Shown one piece after another: positions 44,505 to 52,286 of a DNA stretch of 64,000 nucleotides; the first letter of the stretch is position 1, and every line of letters starts with the position of its first letter. Below the pieces are notes generated by a model that saw only the letters and a program-made list of their open reading frames with translations, made no database searches and was not told where the DNA came from. The position numbers and the translations under genes were made by a program. The stretch comes from a virus. Taxonomy: Duplodnaviria; Caudoviricetes. Location of the stretch: IMG/VR virus record IMGVR_UViG_3300013426_000014, positions 160,001-224,000 of that record, one strand, 5' to 3'.

Positions 44505-44632
44505 AGTCGGTTCGTTTAATCGGAAAAGGACAGCGCGTTGTTTGTTCAGGCTTCCCGATAAAGTCTGCAACCGGTTGGTATCGGGATCAACCGTTTGACG
44601 TGAAAATCATGGTTCGAGTCCATGCCCGGCTT
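44505..44632 (+). ncRNA. tRNA-like RNA with ~57-nt structured insert replacing the anticodon loop
   Basis: Acceptor AGTCGGT/CCCGGCT, D arm, CGCGTT/GACGTG stem, T arm CATGG-TTCGAGT-CCATG. Confidence 0.65.
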
Positions 44633-44743
44633 CTGCATCTAAAAGTTAATACGTATTGTCAATTGTCATAGGACATGAGCCTGTGACGACCGACGGGGCA
44701 GCTTTCGCCGCGATGCCCGGCAACAGAAATTCGCGGCGGGTAT

Positions 44744-44816
44744 ATCCCTGTCGAATAGACGGCAAGTTCACCGCCCTCTCACGGCGGAAACCCGGGTTCG
44801 AGTCCCGGCGGGGATA
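44744..44816 (+). tRNA. tRNA-Glu(CTC)
   Basis: CCGCC-CT CTC AC-GGCGG. Confidence 0.9.
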
Positions 44817-44835
44817 CATTGAATGTTTATAGATT

Positions 44836-45039
44836 ATGACACCTGTTGTTATATTGATATTATTGCTCGCTGCCTGCTTCGCCACAGCTTTCGTCTCAAT
44901 CGCAAGGATGATACAGAGACAGTCCGATGCCAATATGTATGTTCATCCGGATATGATCCGCAAGTTGCGACTGTCTTTTGTTTTTATGGTTATATGCGCG
45001 GCGGTCGCGGCGACATTGATTTTGTTCTTTGGATCATAA
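44836..45039 (+). CDS. Small two-TM membrane protein
   Basis: Two hydrophobic helices. Confidence 0.6.
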   Translation: MTPVVILILLLAACFATAFVSIARMIQRQSDANMYVHPDMIRKLRLSFVFMVICAAVAATLILFFGS

Positions 45040-45182
45040 AGTTGCTTATTACTCATTTTTTTCATAATTTATAATTTTTTTATAATCGGATCCGTCGTGA
45101 GATGTGTCCGATTATTTTTTGTATAAAAATTCCATATGTCAAACATAATGCTTATATTTGTACTGTTAAAAACGTAATAAGT

Positions 45183-45671
45183 ATGAGAACAAAAATTAAC
45201 ATATTGATTGACAATATCAAAGATAGTTATGCACATATTCCGTATACGATCCGTCATCGACGTGTGTTCAGAATTGTTGAGCGGGAGTTCACCGGCAAGG
45301 TGACACACTGGTTCCATGATATGGACAAACTTGCTCTTTACACGTTCGCGCCGTGGCTTGGCACGCAAAGGATAAGCGATATCCATTGCCGCCGCACCGG
45401 CCATCATCCGAAATACAAAGATAATACCGGTAAGATCGTATATAAAGAAAATATCACTGATGACAATATCGCGGAGATGTTGATTGACTGGGAATCCGCG
45501 CGGTTTACTAAGCCGGATAAGCCGTTGGACATGTACGGCACGCTGATACGGTATTATCCGGAGCTCACTGCCCGGGCGTGTAAAGTCATAAGGGAACGGT
45601 TCCGTCCCGAAACACGGGTGCATGATCCCGCCGATATAATACAGGCGATGAGAATCGGGATGTTCTGGTGA
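45183..45671 (+). CDS. DUF5662-like HD-type protein
   Basis: HDMDKL...H...HHP...EMLIDWESA; stop is TGA immediately followed by TAA. Confidence 0.65.
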   Translation: MRTKINILIDNIKDSYAHIPYTIRHRRVFRIVEREFTGKVTHWFHDMDKLALYTFAPWLGTQRISDIHCRRTGHHPKYKDNTGKIVYKENITDDNIAEMLIDWESARFTKPDKPLDMYGTLIRYYPELTARACKVIRERFRPETRVHDPADIIQAMRIGMFW

Positions 45672-45843
45672 TAATTTTTTATTTTGAAAATTTTTTATTT
45701 ACGAAATATTCACTATCTTTGCGATACAAAAAAAATGAAAGTTGTTTTGTTTTATTTGCCATGATTGTATAAACCCGTGTCCCGGCCGGGACGGTACCAG
45801 ACGCGGGTTCATTAAAAGATTATGAAAAATTTCGGTCCGTCTG

Positions 45844-45857
45844 ATATATAATATATG
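45844..45857 (+). promoter_or_regulatory. Phage-specific promoter-like motif ATATATAATATATG
   Basis: Recurs upstream of tRNAs/genes at ~42249, 45844, 54861, 56753 and 62229; variants at ~17913, 46574, 55917, 57065 and 63135. Confidence 0.6.
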
Positions 45858-45869
45858 AATGACGGAAAC

Positions 45870-45940
45870 GCGGTGTTAGTATAACGGTATTATACCGGCT
45901 TCCCAAGCCGGGGACGGGGGTTCGACTCCCCTACGCCGCT
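45870..45940 (+). tRNA. tRNA-Gly(CCC)
   Basis: CCGGC-TT CCC AA-GCCGG. Confidence 0.92.
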
Positions 45941-45969
45941 CAAAGAATGCTCATTGAAATACAGTTAAT

Positions 45970-46043
45970 TGAGGCGTGATGTAATGGTAGCATTACTGAT
46001 TTTGGTTCAGTCCGTTCGGGTTCGAATCCAGACGTCTCAACCA
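45970..46043 (+). tRNA. tRNA-Gln(TTG)
   Basis: ACTGA-TT TTG GT-TCAGT; encoded CCA. Confidence 0.9.
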
Positions 46044-46236
46044 CAGATAAGCGGCCATTGCCAGGCCGCGGGATCCTGAAGGGTATATGTGTGGATCGGG
46101 CCGGGCAGGAAGGCAATACCACCGGTTATCGGATCGCTATACAGCTCTGCTTTCGGCGGCGGATGTCCGGATGATAAAAAGCGCCATTCGCGGAATAGCG
46201 GTTGCAAAGAAGAGATGACCCCTGCAGGATCAATTT

Positions 46237-46325
46237 GGAAAGGTGTGATAATTGGTAGTCGGCCGCTCTCGAAAAGCGGTGGTCGGGTAACCGGCTTGCG
46301 GGTTCGAGCCCCGCCCTTTCCGCCA
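46237..46325 (+). tRNA. tRNA-Ser(CGA)
   Basis: CCGCT-CT CGA AA-AGCGG; long variable arm; CCA. Confidence 0.9.
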
Positions 46326-46461
46326 GAATGATGTCCGGCCTTCCTCCGGGAAAACACGGAAATGAGTTACGGTCAAGACTCACGTTAATCAAAATTGTAT
46401 CGGGACGGTCGCGTCCTGTAGTTGGATGTCATTTGTTTTCATAACTGTGTTTTTGTTGGTT

Positions 46462-46533
46462 GCGGGTATAGCACAACGGTTAGTGTGTCAGCTTGCCATG
46501 CTGGAAATGCCGGTTCGATTCCGGCTACCCGCT
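46462..46533 (+). tRNA. tRNA-Gly(GCC)
   Basis: TCAGC-TT GCC AT-GCTGG. Confidence 0.9.
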
Positions 46534-46608
46534 CAAAATTTTGAAAAAAGTTTGAAAAAAGTTTGGCAGTTACATATATAATTTATGTTGATTGTCAATA
46601 AGATAAAT

Positions 46609-46680
46609 AGCGGGGTAGAGCAGAGGCAGCTCATCAGGCTCATAACCTGAAGGTCAGGGGTTCGAATCCCTTTCCCGCTA
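46609..46680 (+). tRNA. tRNA-Met(CAT), initiator-like
   Basis: TCAGG-CT CAT AA-CCTGA; fMet-like body. Confidence 0.88.
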
Positions 46681-46688
46681 CGAGACAT

Positions 46689-46761
46689 GCGGATATGGTG
46701 TAATGGATAACATTCTTGATTCCGGTTCAAGCGATTTCAGGTTCGAGTCCTGATATCCGTA
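46689..46761 (+). tRNA. tRNA-Arg(CCG)
   Basis: CTTGA-TT CCG GT-TCAAG. Confidence 0.88.
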
Positions 46762-46774
46762 CAAGCAGAAATTT

Positions 46775-46849
46775 TGTGGGATAGAGCAGAGGTAGCTCAT
46801 CAGGCTCATAACCTGAAGGTCGGGGGTTCGAATCCCCCTCCCGCTACCA
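46775..46849 (+). tRNA. tRNA-fMet(CAT), second copy
   Basis: Near-duplicate of 46609; 1:72 mismatch; CCA. Confidence 0.88.
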
Positions 46850-46859
46850 AAACCGTGAT

Positions 46860-47224
46860 GCCTTCGTAGTTTAACGGTAGAACAATGGTCTTTGAGAATG
46901 TTGAATACAGTTTGTATATGATGTGTATGAATGCTAGCATTCATCCAGATCTTTATATAGAGTGTATTTGACACAATTGGAGCTTGCAAATCGAAAGGTT
47001 TGCAATGGACATGATGATAACGTTGAACCCGTAACAGGTCACGCTGACGGTAACGACGTCGGAACGGTAGATTTGCCGGCCGCGAGAGAGTAGATAATCA
47101 TGCACCTGTAGCGATTGATTTCGTATGGTGAATACGTACTCCAGACCACAACGATTTTTGTCGGCATGGTAACATGCGTGGTAAGCAAAACCATTAAGTG
47201 TGGGTTCGAATCCTACCGAAGGTG
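46860..47224 (+). tRNA. Opal-decoding tRNA-Trp(TCA), split by a group I intron (exons 46860-46892 and 47186-47224)
   Basis: Spliced sequence GCCTTCG TA GTTT AACGGTA GAAC A ATGGT CT TCA AA ACCAT TAAGT GTGGG TTCGAAT CCTAC CGAAGGT G: canonical cloverleaf, tRNA-Trp-like body, G73. Confidence 0.9.
46893..47185 (+). mobile_element. Group I self-splicing intron, 293 nt, no ORF
   Basis: Follows U, ends in G. IGS TTGGAG (46977-46982); P2 GAAA hairpin (46984-47005); P3 CATGAT/ATCATG; P4 ACGTTG/CGACGT; P6 CGG/CCG; P7 G(A)GAGTA/TACTCC; P8 CACC/GGTG; 3' ACCAC/GTGGT helix with GCATG-GTAA-CATGC. Confidence 0.9.
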
Positions 47225-47258
47225 CGAATATTAACAGACAGAATTAGATTTATTGATT

Positions 47259-48053
47259 ATGACAGAAACAAAGATGAATACGCTGCTGGCCAGGACAGAT
47301 CATGCTGCGGCGAGTGTGAACAAGATGTTTGCCGATTACGGCGCTTTCTTCAAGACGAAGCAGGGCGCATTCAGAGGCGAGAAGAAGACTTTCGAGCCAA
47401 GGGCCGGATATTTTGAGGATCCGTCTAAAATTGGCAATACTAAGGTTGTCACCACGGTCGGAGAGAAACTCGATTGGTTCAATGATCGTCTTAAGAAATA
47501 TCTTAAGGACGTGTTCACAGTTGAGGAGACGAATTCCGCTGGCGCGAACAGAGTGGAGCTTGTCGTCAACGGCAGGTCATTCGGAAAGTTTACCGCGCTT
47601 GAGCTTATGCGTCTCAAGTCATTGCTGACCAACTCCTCGCTTTCCACCGTATATGAAAACATTCCTGTCCGATCAGATGCGGAGGTGTGGAGTCCTGTGA
47701 CTGATCCTGAGTACGCCGGACGTGAGGTGTTCCAGACGGAGCTCGTCAAGGGCGTTACCCGTACAACAGAGAATGAGGAGGTGATCCTTAAGGATCCGAA
47801 TCTCGATCCTGCTCATCTTCCTTCAAACTATTCGGCGAAAGTGACGGTTAAACGCAAGACCGTCGAGACTGGTGATTACACGCAACAGAAGTTTACCGGC
47901 GAGTGGACACAGCGTCAGCGCGCCGAACTGCTCAAGCGTAAGTCAGATCTTCTCGCCGCCGTTATTGCCGCGCTTAAGGAGGTCAATGACACCGATGTGC
48001 AGCTACCGGAGTTCGACGTTGATTCCATTGTTGACTATATTACCGAAGGGTAA
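47259..48053 (+). CDS. Conserved hypothetical protein (DUF7873-like, from recollection)
   Basis: KMNTLLA...FRGEKKTFEP...LELMRLK...GDYTQQKFTGEW...ALKEVN resembles a widespread phage/bacterial hypothetical family. Confidence 0.7.
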   Translation: MTETKMNTLLARTDHAAASVNKMFADYGAFFKTKQGAFRGEKKTFEPRAGYFEDPSKIGNTKVVTTVGEKLDWFNDRLKKYLKDVFTVEETNSAGANRVELVVNGRSFGKFTALELMRLKSLLTNSSLSTVYENIPVRSDAEVWSPVTDPEYAGREVFQTELVKGVTRTTENEEVILKDPNLDPAHLPSNYSAKVTVKRKTVETGDYTQQKFTGEWTQRQRAELLKRKSDLLAAVIAALKEVNDTDVQLPEFDVDSIVDYITEG

Positions 48054-48170
48054 TTGACAATAAGAGACAGACGCCTTCTCTGATTGGCGTTCAGTAGCAC
48101 TGATCAAGGATCTGAGCGTGACGCGAAACACCTGGATTGATTTTTTCTTTGACATAATAATTTTTATATA

Positions 48171-48490
48171 TTGACAAAAGCTTCAGCTTAAGCATCAACG
48201 TTAACAAGATCCTGGACGATCAAGTTTTAGTGTTGTGTCAATAGCTTTGGCTTTACAGTCAATGTCTTGATGTCAGCGTTTTGATCTATACACTTCAAGA
48301 CCGCGGTTTCGCGGGTTCGATTCCCGCATCCCCCTCTACTTTTATTGAATATACGGGGGATTGCTGAAGTGGTTAACAGCGCGGTTTCAGATTTTCACAT
48401 GAATGAATATCGATAAAGCTTCAGTATAAATACGTTGAACACATCAGACAAAATTTGGGGCGGTTTTTTGAGGATATTTGGATTATCGCC
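48171..48490 (+). ncRNA. Structured RNA containing a circularly permuted tRNA-like domain (48300-48385)
   Basis: T arm and 3' acceptor strand (48311-48334) precede the 5' acceptor strand and D arm (48355-48380); enclosed by long-range helices. Confidence 0.75.
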
Positions 48491-48492
48491 CT

Positions 48493-48566
48493 GGCCGGAT
48501 AGCTCAGTTTGGCAGAGCGCAAGCCTTGTAAGCATGAAGTCTATAGTTCGAATCTATATCCGGCCG
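48493..48566 (+). tRNA. tRNA-Thr(TGT)
   Basis: CAAGC-CT TGT AA-GCATG; GGCCGGA/TCCGGCC acceptor stem. Confidence 0.8.
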
Positions 48567-48575
48567 CGAGAATAT

Positions 48576-48683
48576 AACGGGTTGGCGGAATGGTATACGC
48601 GCGCCGCGTGAATTATTTTGCGGTGTATTGTTTCCGGAAAATTCCAGGGTTCCGGATTGATGGTTCGAGTCCATCACCCGTTG
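48576..48683 (+). ncRNA. Atypical tRNA-like RNA (no canonical anticodon loop, very long variable arm)
   Basis: AACGGGT/ACCCGTT acceptor, Leu-like D arm, 7-bp stem with 10-nt loop TGAATTATTT, canonical T arm. Confidence 0.65.
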
Positions 48684-48690
48684 CAAGTTT

Positions 48691-48764
48691 GGTCCCTTAA
48701 CTCAGTTGGTCAGAGTAACTGACTCATAATCAGTAAGTCGGGGGTTCAAGGCCCTCAGGGACCA
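48691..48764 (+). tRNA. tRNA(CAT), probably Ile2 (lysidine)
   Basis: ACTGA-CT CAT AA-TCAGT; body resembles Ile2 rather than Met. Confidence 0.8.
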
Positions 48765-48771
48765 CAAAAAT

Positions 48772-48847
48772 CGGGATGTAGCGCAGTTGGCAGCGCGCCG
48801 CGTTCGGGACGCGGAGGTCGGAGGTTCGAGTCCTCTCATCCCGACCA
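48772..48847 (+). tRNA. tRNA-Pro(CGG)
   Basis: CCGCG-TT CGG GA-CGCGG; CCA. Confidence 0.93.
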
Positions 48848-48851
48848 GTTC

Positions 48852-48924
48852 GGGCTTTTGGTGATAACGGTCAGCACAGCGGCTTCGCATGCCGCAGGTA
48901 CGAGTTCGATTCTCGTAAAGTCCA
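48852..48924 (+). tRNA. tRNA-Ala(CGC)
   Basis: GCGGC-TT CGC AT-GCCGC; G3:U70. Confidence 0.9.
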
Positions 48925-48940
48925 CTTTATTTTTACGGAT

Positions 48941-49354
48941 ATGTCAAAAAACAGGAAAGATATTTCAGCGGTGGTTTCTATTGGTGATCATATCGAATAT
49001 GCGAATTCATCCGATGCGGTTGACGCGGTTCTGATGATATTGGAGAAGAATGGAGAGAAGATGACGTAGAAAGAGCTTTCCGACATCATTTTTGCCGCGG
49101 TGGAAAATATGCAGAAATCTCCGGTCGATGTTATATATTCGCTTATCCAGAATCTGGTGAATGACAAGGATCTTGTTATGGTGCAGTCTGCAATTACGTC
49201 ACATGATGTTGTCAATGATTCTGATATGGCATATAAGATTTGGTCTGCTGTCACTAAGATGTTCCAGTCTTGTTTCGCGCCGACCGATCTTCTGAACAAG
49301 ATGCTTAACCTGGTAAAGGCCATGTATAAAGAACTGTACAGGTCAAGTTGGTAA
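48941..49354 (+). pseudogene. Hypothetical gene with a single in-frame TAG
   Basis: ATG 48941 is in frame with 49100-49354; EKMT*KELSDII at TAG 49067. Confidence 0.5.
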
Positions 49355-49591
49355 TATCTGTAATTTTGGATTTTACGAACTTTTTATAATGAATTTTTCA
49401 TAATTGTTTTTTGGTTTCTCCGCGGCAGTGACGTCCCGGAGTTTTTTTATTATAAATAATTATATGAAACGTTTTTATAAAGTACAAGAAGAGTTTGACA
49501 TGTCGGAGATATCCGACACGGACTGCACTGATACGGATATGTCCGTTTTTTGAAAGTATATTGAATTATTGGATTTTATAACTTAAATACA

Positions 49592-50059
49592 ATGAACCAT
49601 ATTAACGAAGATTTTGATTTGTCTAATATGTCAGATATAGACTATATTGATATATTTGCTGACATTGATCAGGATGCAGAAATTGTTAATAATTTCACCA
49701 ATGCATTAAGGCGAGATTTGTATCTTACCAATACAGCAATTCCAGATAATTTTGATGTCGGCGGGGTTGATTTAATCAAAATAGATGACGATTGCATCGT
49801 TGGGAAGATTTTGACATGGGACGCGGAAAAAGTAATGCATCATTTTGGATTATACAGATTGTTTTGTTCGATTATATTATATCCTGGCAAAGACGGGCAG
49901 ATAGAGTTCAATAGGCGGATAGGTCTTCCATGACGGATTGTGTCAAAAACCGAAGCATGTAATGTCAGAATCGTTACAAGTAATTTTATGATGACAGACG
50001 GCGCGCCATTTTCCGTTGACGGCGAGGTGACAACCGTGGTCAGGTCGTGATGAAATTAA
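49592..50059 (+). CDS. Paralog 1 of acidic-leader family (TGA read-through)
   Basis: INEDFDLSNMSDIDY leader; frame continues through TGA 49931, 50048 and 50051 to TAA. Confidence 0.6.
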
Positions 50060-50119
50060 ATGATAATATATAGGTGTTGCATTGTATTATTAAAAGATAA
50101 GCAAATATATAGAAAGTCA

Positions 50120-51184
50120 ATGAGTAACCAGATTAAAATACAAAAAAATCAATACCTGAACGATTTTTTAGTAACAGAAGATTTTGATTTCAGCGACATG
50201 TCAGATGTCGACTACACTGACACTTTCAGTGATATGGATCAAGCAGCGGAGGAAATGTTTGATTTCACGGCATGCCTCCGGAAATCCATTCTTATACGCG
50301 CACAGACACAAGAGAAGAAAGGATTTATCCGTGGTTCAGATCCGGCATTTGACTCGCTTTTCGCCACTGCTGTATCTGGTTCTGCTGCAGACGGATGAAA
50401 TGTAGATATCAAATCCACATCAGAAGCAATTCTTCTTAATATATTTGGTGGAACATCTGTGGATAATAATGGTTTCCATACTATTTGTATTGTGCTAGAT
50501 TTAGCGTCCGCCACTGCATCGTGAGTGAAAACTGCGCGATGACGTCTATTATCCTCACCAGAATCCAATACACGATATATTTTGTATATCCGCCCTGCCG
50601 GACCGGGGACTGGAAAAAGAAACGGATCGATGATTGGATCACCGGAATATGTGTTCGGCGATGTCATTGCTGGTGATCCCGTTATTGAGCCGATGGTCGG
50701 GCTTAAACCGATAACATTGCGTACTTTAATCGGCTCGCCTGTGGAAGTGACCGGAGATTTTATCTGTACTATGGATCCCGCTGGTCCGTTTGTCCCGGGT
50801 TTTTTGAACGGAGCGCCGGAACGGATCGGTCAAAACTTCGCGGTCCATGTGACTGGAGAAGAACGCATGTCACGTTCCATGACATCATTTTTGTGGGACG
50901 GAAAAGGAAATATTATTCCGGCTTTCACTGATGGTATCAGACGGGTGGTGAAAGGTTTTTTTGTATACCCACCGCATCCTGGCGCCCGTTCTGTGGAACG
51001 GCGGAAATCTGAATGTGACCTTATTGTGATTGGAACCTCATCATCGCAGCGGAGACTGCCTCCGAGTCTTGTCGGCAAAACGCTTCCGGATATGGAAGTT
51101 TCGACCGGTAATGTGGTTGTATACGGTGATCCGGTGGTATGTGTCAAATGATTGGCAAAGGTCAACGGCGTGTACGTTGAATAA
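50120..51184 (+). CDS. Paralog 2 of acidic-leader family, 4 TGA=Trp
   Basis: 50060-50398 and 50582-51151 share a frame; only TGA at 50396, 50522, 50540 and 51149 before TAA; GSPxxVxGDF repeats. Confidence 0.75.
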
Positions 51185-51223
51185 AATTAGACAGAAAGAA
51201 TAACGGTAGTTAAAAAATATTGT

Positions 51224-52189
51224 TTGACTGAAGAATTTGATCTGACTGGAATGTCCGAAGTCGACTACACCAACACGTTTTCTGATATTGACGAGAAAGA
51301 ACAAAAGAAATACACAGAGGAGTCCATATTGCGCTCGCATATATTGACATGATACGGCGAGTCGACCATACCGGATTTCATCTGGAATGATGAATGCACA
51401 CATGTCGATTTGAAATTTCCTTCGCATTGCGATTTCTCGCATGACAATATGAATTTGTATCTTTTTGCTGACGGTGTCGCACTCGCCGAAATTGTCCGAA
51501 ATAATATCAGTTATACGATTGATCCATTGTACCAGATAATCGTCAAATTGACCGCGGCCGGACATGGAGACGGCGGAAATATGATTTATACAGGGAACAT
51601 GGACATCGATTTGACTGGATGTCCTGATAAATGTGGAAGGCTTACCATTCAGTTAGATGAGCCGTTTAATACATTTTCTTTCACCGGCTCCCCGCGGGAG
51701 GTCGACGGAGATTTTATCGTCCGTGATATGTGGGCGGACGTCAATGACATGACTGGCGGTCCAGACAGGATCACCGGGTCGTTTTATTGGTATGCAAAGG
51801 CGAATATTCCAGGCAGGCTGAAGTCATTGTTGGGATGCCCGTTCGAAATTATGGGCAATATGTCGGTTGTGAATTCACCGTGCGCTCGATTTCCGTTGAA
51901 TGCAGGGCATAAAGTAAAAATCGGTGGATTACTAAATGCCGGCTATCTTTCTCAAGATACGATTCCGGATATGATCAAAAAACGGGGATACACTGTATTG
52001 TCAGACGGTGCGGTTTTGGAAATGACCACAGGAGGAAAATCTGCTTGATCACACGTAATTAAAGGTGACGACCGTGAACGAGCCGCGCCGGATTTCAAAG
52101 TTGATGGAGATATATATTCCGCCGTATACATCGCATGGAACGATGAGATCGGAGATAAGACTTATATATGGCAGCTGCCGAATTCATAA
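51224..52189 (+). CDS. Paralog 3 of acidic-leader family, 2 TGA=Trp; start uncertain
   Basis: LTEEFDLTGMSEVDY leader in frame with 51410-52048 across TGA 51350; continues past TGA 52046 to TAA; GSPREVDGDF repeats. Confidence 0.72.
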
Positions 52190-52286
52190 GTAAAGACCGT
52201 TAAAATAACATAATATAAAAAAGTTCCGGAAATATTTTCATGTTTCCGGAACTTTCGCTATATTCGTGCTACAAAAATAACAGGTT

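Noticed and set aside
48290-48390. Two-piece (permuted) tmRNA
   Set aside because: No G3:U70 alanine pair, a D stem is present, there is no CCA, and I see no tag reading frame
42336-48890. ORF-track entries overlapping the tRNA cluster (e.g. 42336-42704, 43917-44219, 46037-46357, 46678-46989)
   Set aside because: They overlap tRNA, intron or structured-RNA sequence and are translation artefacts
42467-48924. HDV-like theta ribozymes at tRNA 3' ends
   Set aside because: I could not fit the nested double-pseudoknot pattern by eye after any tRNA; needs a motif search
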